Position numbers and translations under genes: made by a program. DNA of 64,000 nt. It comes from an uncultured Chloroflexia bacterium (GTDB lineage Bacteria; Chloroflexota; Limnocylindria; Limnocylindrales; CSP1-4). A model generated the notes under the pieces. The model was not told the origin of the DNA and did no database searches. It worked only from the letters and a program-made list of their open reading frames with translations. The stretch spans positions 146,998 to 210,997 of the forward strand of contig CAVWXU010000016.1 in the NCBI GenBank assembly GCA_963759135.1, in the 5' to 3' direction. Shown piece by piece: positions 1-9,820 of the stretch; position 1 is the stretch's first letter; every line of letters starts with the position of its first letter.

Positions 1-54
1 GCGGACGGCGGCGGAGCGCTGGTGCGCTTCAGCCTGCCGCTCTCGCCGGATTGA
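1..54 (+). CDS. C-terminal end of a probable sensor histidine kinase (partial, runs off the window)
   Basis: Frame 1 reads ADGGGALVRFSLPLSPD*, resembling the G2 box and last strand of HATPase domains. Confidence 0.5.
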   Translation, partial: ADGGGALVRFSLPLSPD

Positions 55-55
55 T

Positions 56-472
56 TCAGTCTTCGGGTCGGGCCGCCGCGGTCCGTGCTTCGCGGCCGGC
101 GAACCGCGCCTCGGCCGCGTGGCGCACCAGGGTGGTCCACGGTGCGGCCGCGCCGCCGTCCAGTTCGAGAAGCCGCAGGGCGTAGGCCAGCTCCAGCGGG
201 CCGGTCGCTGCGACCGCGCCGTGCGGCCTCGGTGGTGTTCCACGGAGGCCCATGCGCCGTGCCTCTCGCCCGTAGCTCGCCGCCAGCGTTTCGCCGGTGC
301 GGATCGGGCCCAGCTGTCGGCGGATCTGCTCCACCTGGGCGACGAAGCCCGGCACCAGCCAGCGCGGCGGGACGGGAGCCGCCCCGGAAAGGACCCGCGC
401 GACGAGCGCCACGTGGAAGCGAAGAGCGTCCTCGTCGGGAGAAGCGTCCGCTGGCTGACTCGCGACGATCAC
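56..472 (-). CDS. hypothetical protein
   Basis: 138-aa ORF with protein-like composition; CAGGAT -10-like hexamer 6 nt before the GTG (possibly leaderless). Confidence 0.55.
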   Translation of the reverse strand: MIVASQPADASPDEDALRFHVALVARVLSGAAPVPPRWLVPGFVAQVEQIRRQLGPIRTGETLAASYGREARRMGLRGTPPRPHGAVAATGPLELAYALRLLELDGGAAAPWTTLVRHAAEARFAGREARTAAARPED

Positions 473-847
473 GTGGCAATCCTGCCGGCCGTTCGTGACG
501 GGCGCGCGCGCGCTGGGTTAGGGGCATGTAACAAGCACCACGGTCGGCGTGTGCCTCGCGACTTCTCGTGGTGGCGCCGGCGTCAGTCCAACCGGGAACC
601 GAGAGTTCACCGGCCGGCAATACGCCGTGCACAGGACGGCGTGATCCTCCACGCATGGACGAGCGACACGAGGCGGCAGGGCGGCGGGACGAGAGCACCG
701 TCAAGCGCGGGCCAGATGGCGAAGGCGGTCCGTCGGGGAGCGTCCGCGCCGGACCCCGCGAGCCGGACAATGACACCCGGCCCGCCGCGGAGCTGCGCGG
801 CAGACCCTCCGACGCCGAGATCGCGCTGTGGTTCGGGTAGCGACGCC

Positions 848-1051
848 ATGCTGGTTCGCTCGGCCGCCAGAAGCGCTCGATTGCTCCTCGTCGTTGGCGC
901 CCTCGCCGGCCTCCGCGCCCTCTGCAGGGGGCGACATGAGGGAGACCGTGCCCTCGCCATCCCGCACGCCGAGCGCTGGCGCCGCGAGGAGGAGCTTTAC
1001 GCCCGCACGGCCGCTGTGGCGTCGGCTACCCGCGCGCTGAGGATCAACTGA
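848..1051 (+). CDS. small hypothetical protein with hydrophobic N-terminal segment
   Basis: ATG at 848, MLVRSAARSARLLLVVGALAGL...; no recognisable family. Confidence 0.3.
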   Translation: MLVRSAARSARLLLVVGALAGLRALCRGRHEGDRALAIPHAERWRREEELYARTAAVASATRALRIN

Positions 1052-2195
1052 CAGGGCCGCTCGACGGAGCCGGCCCGGCGGGCGCGGCCGATCGGTCGGC
1101 GATGACGCGGCTCGACCCGACCGGGATCCTGACCGAGAGCTCGCTGCCGGCCGGCCACTGACCTGCGCTCGCGCTGGCCACGTCGACAGCGAGTCGTCGC
1201 GACGACGGGAGCGCGTACCGGTCGTCGGGCCCCGCCGGCTGTTCGCGAAGCAGGAGCCTGGTCGTCGCCCCCAGGAACGTCTGCACCTCCACCCGCCCCC
1301 TGAGCGTCAGGTCTCCGTTGAGCACCTCGCTCGTCGCCTGGAGCGGCTCGAGCGACTCAGGCCGGACGAGCAGCACCGCCAGCTCGCCTTCGGGGAGCCC
1401 GGCGGCCCCGGGGGCCGTGACGCGCTGTCCGCGGCGCTCGATCTGACCGTGCGTTCCGGACACCACGCGCACGGGGATCTCGTTCATCGCCCCGATGAAC
1501 CCGGCCGTGAACGCCGATCTCGGCTCCGCGTAGATCTGCGCCGGTGTGCCGACCTCTTCGATCGCACCGCGGTTCATGACCACCACGCGGTCGCTGATCG
1601 ACAGCGCCTCCGACTGGTCGTGCGTGACCAGGATCGTCGTGATGCGGAGCTGCACCTGCATGCGGCGGATCTCGGTCCGCAACTCCTCCCGGACCTTTGC
1701 GTCCACCGCGCTCAGCGGCTCGTCGAGGAGCAGCACCCCTGGCTGGACTGCCAGCGCCCGCGCCAGCGCCACGCGCTGCTGCTGCCCGCCGGACATCTGG
1801 TGCGGGTAGCTGCCCGCCACGTGGGCCAGTCCGAACAGCTCCAGCAGCTCCGAGACCCGCGTTCGCCGCTCGGCGGTCGGCCGCTTCCGGACGGCGAGCC
1901 CGAACTCCACGTTCTCGGCGGCCGTCATGTTCGGAAACAGGGCGTATCCCTGGAACACCATCCCCATCCCGCGCCGGTTCGGGGGCAGGTCGGTGACGTC
2001 GCTTCCGTCGACCACGATCGAGCCGCTGTCCGGCGTCTCGAAGCCTGCGGTGATGCGGAGCGTGGTCGTCTTGCCGCAGCCGGAGGGCCCGAGGAACGAG
2101 ACGAGTTCCCCGTCCTCGACGGTCAGGGTGAAGTCGCGCACGGCGAACTGATCGCCGAAGGTCTTCTGGAGGTCGCTGAGTTCGAGACGTGACAT
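1044..2195 (-). CDS. ABC importer ATP-binding subunit (PotA/FbpC/PhnT-like), probably for phosphonate/2-AEP
   Basis: Walker A GPSGCGKTT, signature MSGGQQQR, Walker B LLLDEP, C-terminal TOBE-like region; context next to phnW/phnX. Confidence 0.9.
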   Translation of the reverse strand: MSRLELSDLQKTFGDQFAVRDFTLTVEDGELVSFLGPSGCGKTTTLRITAGFETPDSGSIVVDGSDVTDLPPNRRGMGMVFQGYALFPNMTAAENVEFGLAVRKRPTAERRTRVSELLELFGLAHVAGSYPHQMSGGQQQRVALARALAVQPGVLLLDEPLSAVDAKVREELRTEIRRMQVQLRITTILVTHDQSEALSISDRVVVMNRGAIEEVGTPAQIYAEPRSAFTAGFIGAMNEIPVRVVSGTHGQIERRGQRVTAPGAAGLPEGELAVLLVRPESLEPLQATSEVLNGDLTLRGRVEVQTFLGATTRLLLREQPAGPDDRYALPSSRRLAVDVASASAGQWPAGSELSVRIPVGSSRVIADRSAAPAGPAPSSGPVS

Positions 2196-2219
2196 GGCGT
2201 GTTCCTGTCCTCACCCGCG

Positions 2220-3116
2220 CTACATGGGTCCGCCGCGGACGATCTGTGTGCCCGGAGCCCTGCGGGCGACGGCGGCCAGCGCGAGCACGCCCGCCCAGGT
2301 GATGAGGAAGCTGACGAGGACGAGTGCCTCCCCCATGCGCGGCAGGTACGCATTGACGTTGAGCAGGTACACCGGGAAGGTCGGATACCCCAGCAACGCG
2401 GCGATGGTGAATTCTCCCATCGCGGTCGTGAACGCGAGGAGCGCGGCGGAGACCAGGCCGAGCGAGATGGACGGCACGATGACGCGCAGGAAGGTGCGCA
2501 CCGGACTCGCCCCCAGGCTTGCCGCGGCCTCGCTCAGCATCCGCACGTCCACGGCGCGCAGGGCGTTGTCGATGGCGCGGAACACGAACGGGAGCGTCAG
2601 CACGAAGTAGCCGCCGACGAGCAGCGCCGGCGCCCAGTTCGAGCTGATCAGGTTCACGGGCGATCGGATGCCGTACACGGTCGAGAGCCCGACGGTCAGG
2701 ATGATCGGTGGGATCACGAAGGGCAGGATCGACACGAACTCGATGGTGGAGCGCAGGCCGGGGAACCGGAGCTCCACGAGGTACGCCGTCGGGGCCACCA
2801 CCACGAGGGCGAGGCAGGTGGTCACGATGGCGTAGCCGAGGCTGAGCAGCAGCGAGGAATGGAAGCCGTCGTCGGCCAGACCGGCGAACAGCGGCTGGAG
2901 CGTGAACGCCTTGCCCGTCGAGAAGCCGAACACCGCCGTCGCGTAGAGCGGCACCAGGAAGTAGACGGCCGCCGCGCCAAGCACCACCGCCGCCCAGACC
3001 GGGGTCCGGGTCCGGCGCCTGGTTCGGCGCCGAATGAGCCGTTCCGCGTGCGCCCCGGCGACGATCGCGGGGAGCGTCTCCTCCGTCGCCTCGCCGGTCA
3101 TCGAGCCGCCGCTCAT
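2220..3116 (-). CDS. ABC importer permease
   Basis: Multiple TM helices and EAA loop EAAASLGAS. Confidence 0.9.
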   Translation of the reverse strand: MSGGSMTGEATEETLPAIVAGAHAERLIRRRTRRRTRTPVWAAVVLGAAAVYFLVPLYATAVFGFSTGKAFTLQPLFAGLADDGFHSSLLLSLGYAIVTTCLALVVVAPTAYLVELRFPGLRSTIEFVSILPFVIPPIILTVGLSTVYGIRSPVNLISSNWAPALLVGGYFVLTLPFVFRAIDNALRAVDVRMLSEAAASLGASPVRTFLRVIVPSISLGLVSAALLAFTTAMGEFTIAALLGYPTFPVYLLNVNAYLPRMGEALVLVSFLITWAGVLALAAVARRAPGTQIVRGGPM

Positions 3117-3126
3117 CGCCGGCTCC

Positions 3127-4023
3127 TCACCGCGCCAGCCAGCGGGTCGAGCGGCGCTCCAGGAGCGCCCGGCCGCCGATGCAGACGGCCATGATGGCGG
3201 CCAGGCCGACCGCCAGGGCGTCCGCCTGGCCGGGGTCGAAGGTGATGTCGCCGCTGACGAGGTTGGAGATCTGGATCGGCACGAGCGACACGAACCCGGT
3301 CGTCAGCCCGTACGCCGTTGCGAAGGCCCCGAAGGCGTTGGCGTAGAGGAGCAGGAGCGACGAGATGACCGGGGTCGCCAGGATCGGGACGGCCACGGCG
3401 CGGAGGTACTGCCACCGACTCGCCCCGAGGATCTCGGCGGCCTCGCGCCACGAGGGTTTCATCGCCTGGAGCGGCGGGAGCATGACCAGCACCATCAGGG
3501 GGATTTCCCAGTAGGCGTACACGATCGTCAGGCCGAGGACCGAGTAGAGCTTGAACCCGCCGTTGTACAGGTCGATCCCGGCGTCGAGGAAGAGTCGCGT
3601 GACCAGCCCGCCCGCGCCGAGCGTGGCGATGAAGGCGAAGGCCAGCGGCACGCCCGCGAAGTTCGCGGCCACGCTGCTGAACGTCGTCGCGATCTCCTGG
3701 ATGACCGGCCGGCGAGACGACACGATTGCCTGGGCGATCAGCAGCCCGACGACGCCTCCCAGCGCAGTCGATGCGAGTGACAGCTCGACCGAGTTGGCGA
3801 ACGGCAGCAGGTCGAGCGGGTGCCCGAGGTAGGAGTAGTTCGCGAGCGTGAACTGGCCCGTGCGCGCGCTATGGACGCTGCCCCACAGCAGCGACACCGT
3901 CGGCAGCAGGAGAAAGAGCCCGACGAGGGCCGCGAAGGGCAGCAGGGCGAGGACGGCAAGCCCACTACGGCCTTCGACCGTGGCGGGCTTGCCCGTGGGG
4001 CGTGCGACTCCCGCAGCGCTCAC
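3127..4023 (-). CDS. ABC importer permease
   Basis: Multiple TM helices and EAA loop EAAEILGAS. Confidence 0.9.
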   Translation of the reverse strand: MSAAGVARPTGKPATVEGRSGLAVLALLPFAALVGLFLLLPTVSLLWGSVHSARTGQFTLANYSYLGHPLDLLPFANSVELSLASTALGGVVGLLIAQAIVSSRRPVIQEIATTFSSVAANFAGVPLAFAFIATLGAGGLVTRLFLDAGIDLYNGGFKLYSVLGLTIVYAYWEIPLMVLVMLPPLQAMKPSWREAAEILGASRWQYLRAVAVPILATPVISSLLLLYANAFGAFATAYGLTTGFVSLVPIQISNLVSGDITFDPGQADALAVGLAAIMAVCIGGRALLERRSTRWLAR

Positions 4024-4050
4024 GATCCCTCTCCCAGGTACCGCCTGCGG

Positions 4051-5282
4051 CTACTGGCTGTTGACGACGATCTTCCAGCCGGCCGCGAGGGCCGTCTCTG
4101 CGGCCGTGATCTTGCTGACGTCGGTCACGAGCTGCACCTTCGTGTACAGGTCGGCAGCCGGCATCTTGGCCGCCACGTCGGCCGGGATCTTGCCGGCCGC
4201 GTTCAGCACGGCGTAGCGGATGGGGTGTGCATAGCCACCGAGGAACAGGAGCTGGCCGGCGTCGCTGTAGATGAGCTCCTGCCAGAGGCGGGCGGCGTTC
4301 GGATGGGGCGCCTTCGCGGCCACGATGTCCGCGTACGGGCTGGCCAGCGATCCGCTGGCGGGGATCGTGACCTTGATGTTGGGCGCGCCGTTGGCCTTGT
4401 CGCGGTAGGCCAGGCCCAGGTAGTCCCAGATGATTGCGACTTTGACCTCGCCGCTGACGACGTTGGCGGTGTTCGCCCGCGCGGCGGTCAGGTTGCCCGA
4501 CTGCAGCAGCTTGTTGAAGAAGTCGATGCCGGGCCCGATGTTGTCCAGGCTGCCGCCGTTGGCGACGGCCGCCGACCACACCGCGAAGAAGGAGTCGTTC
4601 GCCTTGGTGGGATCGCCGTCGATGCCCACCGCGCTCTTGAGCGACGGATCGAGCAGGTCGTTCCAGTCGTTGATCGGGATCTTGACCGCGTCGGTGTTGA
4701 CGCGAACGCCTGCGCGCCCCAGTAGTTGCAGCACCAGTAGCCGTCGGCGTCCTTGGCCGTGTCGGGGATGTCCGCCCAGTGGGAGTTCTTGTACGGAGCG
4801 GTGAGGCCCTGCTGCTTGCCCAACACGGCAACCGCGATGCCCACGTCGCCAACGTCGGGCTTGCCGGTGTTCTTGATCGAGTCGAGCTCCTGGGCCGAGG
4901 TGTACTCGCCTTCGGTGGAAGTGCCGTTGATGGGGATCCCGTAGGTCGACTTCCAGAGATCGAAGATCGCCTGGTAGTTGACCCATTCCGGCGGGATGCC
5001 CGTCTGGTAGATGCTGCCCTCGCTTTTCGCAGCCGCCACCAGGGCGTTCATGTCGAACCCGGACGCGGCGGGGGCGGCGGCCGCGGCCGAGGCGGCCGCG
5101 GCGCCGGCGGCGGCGGGAGACGCCGTGGCAGCGGCGCTGCACGCCGCGATGATCGCGGCGACGGCCGGCAGGCCCACGCCCAGGCCGAGCAGCGTCTTCA
5201 TGAACTGCCGCCGTCCGAGCTGACCGGAGGCGAATGCGGTGCCGAGTTCGTCGATGCGCGCGAGCAGTGGGTCGTTCGCCAC
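4051..5282 (-). CDS. ABC substrate-binding protein with Tat-type lipoprotein signal (frameshift near 4705)
   Basis: Joins ORF 4488-5282 (GRRQFMK twin-arginine motif, AAC lipobox) and the distal part of ORF 4051-5352 (PHPNAARLWQE); GAGGAGG RBS before the GTG. Confidence 0.85.
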
Positions 5283-5458
5283 GGGAACCCCTCCTCAGGT
5301 TCGGTTCGAGTCGGCGCATCGGAGCCGTCTCCGATGGCCACTGTCGAGGCAACCGTCACCGGTTGGGCCAACGCTGGGACGACGGCCGGCCACCAACAGC
5401 CTCGCGCCGGATCGTTAGTCCCGTGTTTCCGGACTGTGAACTTCTGTGGCCGTCGTGG

Positions 5459-6205
5459 TCAGAGCACGTTCATCCGTGCGGCCAGCCCGAAATGGTCCGA
5501 GGGATACAGGCCCGGGTCGCCGACGGCGGGTCGGTCGAAGACGAGCCGCGCCGAGGCGACACGCGCGTCCCCGCGCAGCCAGATGTAGTCCAGGCAATCC
5601 GGCTCTCCGTCGGTGTCGATGGCCGGGGCCACCAGCCCGGACGGCCAGGTGACGCGCGGTTCAGCGCCGTTCGCCTCCCGGAACGCGGACCGGAAGCCTG
5701 CGTCGACCATCCGCACGTAGGCGGGCTCCGCCGGGTCCGCGTTGAAGTCGCCAACGACGACGGACGGCGCGTCGGAACCAGACAGGGCGGGCCACGCGAG
5801 CAGCCGCTCCACCTGGTCGAGCCGCGCGTCGTGGGCGTCCGGCGGGTGGTGCAGATGCGTCACGCAGCACGCGACGCGAGGCCCGCCGGGGCGCGCAACC
5901 ACGGCGCAGTGCGCGGCTCGCTCGAGGCCGAGGTCGAGGCGATCGACGCGCTCGACGGCGAGCGGGCGCCGGACGAGCAGGCTGTTCCCGTACTCGGGCC
6001 GCCCCGCCCATCCGCGCACGACTTCGTACTCCCCCGCGCCGGCGGCCGCGAGCAGACGATCCTGCTGCGCCGGGTACACCACCTCTTGCAGGCCGAGCAG
6101 GTCCGGCTGGAGCGCCGCCATGTCCGCGAGCAGGAGCGGCAGCCGCTCGTCCCACCGATCGAAGATGGCTCGCAGGTTCAGTGTCGCGACGAGCAGTGGC
6201 TCCAC
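5459..6205 (-). CDS. endonuclease/exonuclease/phosphatase (EEP) family hydrolase
   Basis: Motifs ATLN, LGLQEV, THL, GDFN, LDYI, SDH; GGAG RBS before the GTG at 6205. Confidence 0.88.
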   Translation of the reverse strand: MEPLLVATLNLRAIFDRWDERLPLLLADMAALQPDLLGLQEVVYPAQQDRLLAAAGAGEYEVVRGWAGRPEYGNSLLVRRPLAVERVDRLDLGLERAAHCAVVARPGGPRVACCVTHLHHPPDAHDARLDQVERLLAWPALSGSDAPSVVVGDFNADPAEPAYVRMVDAGFRSAFREANGAEPRVTWPSGLVAPAIDTDGEPDCLDYIWLRGDARVASARLVFDRPAVGDPGLYPSDHFGLAARMNVL

Positions 6206-6292
6206 GGCGTCTCCGATCGTGCGTGCGGGCGTTGGTCGCGGGGTTCGCGGGCTCGGGCGATTGGCCCGACGGTGTGCGGGCGTCGGTCGTGA

Positions 6293-6334
6293 CCGCACGC
6301 GGTCCGCCGCACGCGGTCCGCCGCACGCGGTCCG
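6293..6334. repeat. perfect tandem repeat, 14 bp x3 (CCGCACGCGGTCCG)
   Basis: Read directly in the divergent EEP/phnW intergenic region. Confidence 0.9.
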
Positions 6335-6486
6335 GACGGATCATCGAGCGGCGGAGTTAGCGTCCTGTTATCGGCTTCGTAACGATGGGTAAACGCGCTT
6401 CGCGGACCATCGATCCGCGGCGTGGGCCCCGGCAGCGTGCCGGCGCGGCCGCGCGCGGAGTCCACCCTTGCCTGGAGGATCCGAAG

Positions 6487-8087
6487 GTGCCGTACGCGGA
6501 CTCGGCGGGGACCGCCGCTCGATGGGCCACGGCGCGCGCCATCGAGGCATGGACCATCGTGGGCGGCGATCTCCCGGAGGCGACGCTCGCGGCGGTGAGG
6601 CCCGGCCTCGATCTGGCCCGCTTCGACGGCGCCCGCATCGTGCTGGTGCAGCCCGATGAGCGCCGGTGCCGGCTCGGACGAGATCGCCGTCGCCGACGTG
6701 ATCGCCGTCGGGCACCTCGACGGGGCGCCGGCCGGCCTCTTCGAGGCGCTCGTCGCGGCAGGCCTGGACGATGTGCGGAAGCTGGGCGTGCTCGGCGCCA
6801 GCCCGGGGGTTCTTGCGGCCGCGGCCCGCGCGGGGGCCGGCGCGATCGTCGGTCTCGCGCCCCGCGACCCCGACGTGCGCAGGGCGCTCGTCCGCGCGCA
6901 ACCCGACACGATCGTGGAGCCGGGGGAATTCGGGGCGCTCGACGCCCGGCGGTACGCCTCACGTCGCGCCCACCGCGAGCGCGTGCTGCTCAACCCGGGA
7001 CCGGCCGTCGTCACCGATCGGATCCACCGCGCCGTCGGCGGACCGGACCTGTGCCATCGCGAGCCCGAGTACGGCGCACTCTTCGATCGCGTCCGACGGA
7101 AGCTCCTGGCGACCGCCGGGGTGACCGACGATTGGGGGGTGGTCCTGCTCGCGGGAAGCGGGACGGCCGCCATGGAAGCGATGACCGGGGCGTTCGTCGC
7201 CCCGGGCCGGCGGCTTCTCGTGTGCCGGAACGGGACGTACGGCGACCGGATCGCGACGATCGCGGCGCGCCTGGGCATCGAGACGGTGGACGTCCGCGCC
7301 CCGGACACGATCCCGATCGACGTCGCGCAGGTCGACGCCGCGCTGGGGTCCGACCCGGCGATCGACGCCGTGGCCGTGGTGCACCACGAGACCACGACCG
7401 GACTGCTCAACCCGGTGCACGAGATCGCGGCCGCGGCAGCCGCCCACCATGCGCTCACGCTGGTGGACGCGATCAGCTCGCTCGGCGCCGAGGAGCTGCG
7501 GCTGGCCGGCGGTGGGATCGACGTGGTCGCCGGAACGTCGAACAAGTGCCTGCACGGGCTGCCCGGCGTCGCCTTCCTGCTGGTCAGCCCCCGCGCGCGC
7601 GAACGGGCGGGCCAGGTTCCCCCGCGCTCGCTGTACTTCGACGTCCCCAACTACCTGCGGGGTCAGGCTCGCGGGAGCGTGCCGTTCACTCCGGCGATCC
7701 CGGCGATCTACGGGCTCGAGGCCGCCCTGGACGAGCTCGCGGACGAGGGCGTGGCCGCCCGGCGCCGACAGTACCGCGAGCGGATCGGGGTGCTCGACGA
7801 GGAGCTCGCCCGCCTGGGCCTGGAGCCTTCCGTCGCTCCCGATCACCGCTCGGCTTCCGTGCGCAGCATCCCGCTCCCCCCGGGGGTCTCGTACGCGTGG
7901 CTGCACGATGCGCTGCGGGAGGACGGCTACGTGATCTACGCGGGCCTCGGCGAGGCGGCGCAATCGAGCTTCCGCGTCTGCGCCCTGGGGGCGCTCGATG
8001 CCGGACGTGCTGCGTGGGTTTGGTGCGTCCCTGGAGCATGCCCTCGCCAGATCCGGTGCGGGTCCGGCCCCGATCCCGGCCGGTTGA
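6487..8087 (+). CDS. phnW: 2-aminoethylphosphonate-pyruvate transaminase (class V PLP) with degenerate N-terminal HAD-like domain; frameshifts near 6660 and 8003
   Basis: LLNPGP, GSGT, HHETTTG, DAISS and SNKC PLP-lysine motif; GGAGGA RBS before GTG 6487; directly upstream of phnX. Confidence 0.8.
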
Positions 8088-8114
8088 CCGGGCCGTCCGA
8101 AGCAGGAGCCAGCC

Positions 8115-8988
8115 ATGGCCTCACCCTCGACGCGCGGCGACCCCACGGCCGTCCGCGCTCGGTTGACCTACCGCGCCGAGTATCGCGGCCCCATCCAGGC
8201 CGTGATCCTCGATTGGGCGGGCACGACCCTGGACCACGGGGTGTTCGCGCCGGCGATCGTGTTCGTCGACGTGTTCCGCGCGCACGGGATCGAGATATCG
8301 ATGGCCCAGGCGAGGCGGCCCATGGGCCTCTTCAAGCTGGACCACATCCGCGCGATCACCCGCGATCCGGACGTGGCGGCCGAATGGAGGCGGGTCCACG
8401 GCAGCGAGTGCGGAGAGGATGACGTCCTCGCGCTGTTCGAGGAGTTCAAGCCGCTGCAGGAGGCCGCGATGGCGAGTCACTCCGGCCTGATCGCGGGGCA
8501 CCGTGGAGACGGTCGCCGAGATGCGTCGGCGCGGCTATCGGATCGGCTCCACGACCGGGTACACGCGCGCGGCGGCCGAGATCGCCGCTCGCGAGGCCTC
8601 GCGACAGGGATACGCGCCCGACGCGACGGTCTGCGCCGACGAGGTGCCGGCCGGGCGGCCGGAACCCTGGATGGTGCTGCGGAACATGGAGCTGCTGCGC
8701 GTGTATCCGCCGGCCGCCGTGGTCAAGATCGGCGACACCCTGGTCGACGTGGACGAGGGCATCAACGCCGGGACCTGGGCCATCGGGCTCTCGCGGACCG
8801 GCAACTACGTGGGGCTGACGGAGGCCGATCTCGCCGCGCTCGATCCCGACGAGCAGCGCCGGCTGATCGGCGACGCCGACGAGATGCTGCGGCGCCGCGG
8901 CGCGCACTACGTCGTCGAGTCCATCGCCGACGTCCTGCCGTGCCTGGACGAGATCGAAGACCGCCTGCGGCTCGGCGAGCGCCCGTGA
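8115..8988 (+). CDS. phnX: phosphonoacetaldehyde hydrolase (phosphonatase); frameshift near 8497
   Basis: DWAGTT HAD motif I, PMGLFK Schiff-base Lys, STTGY, GRPEPW, KIGDT..D. Confidence 0.92.
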
Positions 8989-9003
8989 GGGATACTGCCG
9001 CGG

Positions 9004-9759
9004 ATGGATGGCAGACGCGCACCTGGCAGCGCGGTGGTGCGGGAGGCCGCCGGCGTGGCGTACCGCCTCCGCCGCTCTCCCCGGGCGCGCAGGCTGAGGC
9101 TCGTCATCGACGGTGACGGCACGCCGCTCGTCACCCTGCCGGTGCGGGCACCTATGCGCCTCGCGGACGAGTTCGTGGCGTCGCGCCGGGACTGGATCGG
9201 CCGCCAGCATGCCCGGTTCGCGGCGGAGCGTGCCCGGCACCAGGCGCGGGGCCCCCTGGGCGATGGCGGCACCCTCGACTTCTCCGGCCAGGCCCATCGG
9301 CTCGACGTCCGTCCGCTCCCCGGCGGGCAGCGGACGAGGATCGAGCACGACGACGCGGTCGAGGCGACGATTCGCATCTGGCTGGCGGAGGCGGACGGGC
9401 CGGCCTTCCCCTCCGTTCTGGAGCGATGGCTCCGCGAGGAGGCACGGGCGGCCGTCGGGCGGCGCGTGGCGGCCCGCGCTCCCCAGCTCGGCGTGGTCCC
9501 GCGGGCGGTGTCGATCCGCGACCAGCGGACGCGGTGGGGCAGCGCGTCACGGAAGGGACGACTGTCGTTCTCCTGGCGCCTCGTGCTGGCACCACCGGCC
9601 GTGCTGGACTACGTGGTGGTGCACGAGCTGGCGCACCTCGCGGTCTTCGGTCACCCGCCGGCGTTCTGGGCACTGGTCCGCTCGGTGGTTCCGGGTGCGG
9701 ACGCGGCGCGCCGCTGGCTCCGCGAACACGCGCGGGAGCTCCACTGGTCGCTCGAATGA
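9004..9759 (+). CDS. M48/SprT-like (YgjP/DUF45) metallopeptidase family protein
   Basis: IRDQRTRWGS, SWRL, DYVVVHELAH zinc motif. Confidence 0.88.
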   Translation: MDGRRAPGSAVVREAAGVAYRLRRSPRARRLRLVIDGDGTPLVTLPVRAPMRLADEFVASRRDWIGRQHARFAAERARHQARGPLGDGGTLDFSGQAHRLDVRPLPGGQRTRIEHDDAVEATIRIWLAEADGPAFPSVLERWLREEARAAVGRRVAARAPQLGVVPRAVSIRDQRTRWGSASRKGRLSFSWRLVLAPPAVLDYVVVHELAHLAVFGHPPAFWALVRSVVPGADAARRWLREHARELHWSLE

Positions 9760-9820
9760 CGGCGACCGGGTGGGTCGCCGGCGTCTGCTGACGGCGACCG
9801 GGTGGGTCGCCGGCGTCTAC
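9757..9820. repeat. 32-bp tandem duplication, each copy a GC hairpin, between convergent genes
   Basis: TGACGGCGACCGGGTGGGTCGCCGGCGTCT(G/A)C x2; CGGCGACC/GGTCGCCG stem. Confidence 0.85.

Noticed and set aside
568-840. Small ORF ending SDAEIALWFG
   Set aside because: No clear RBS or family, and low-complexity composition; insufficient support
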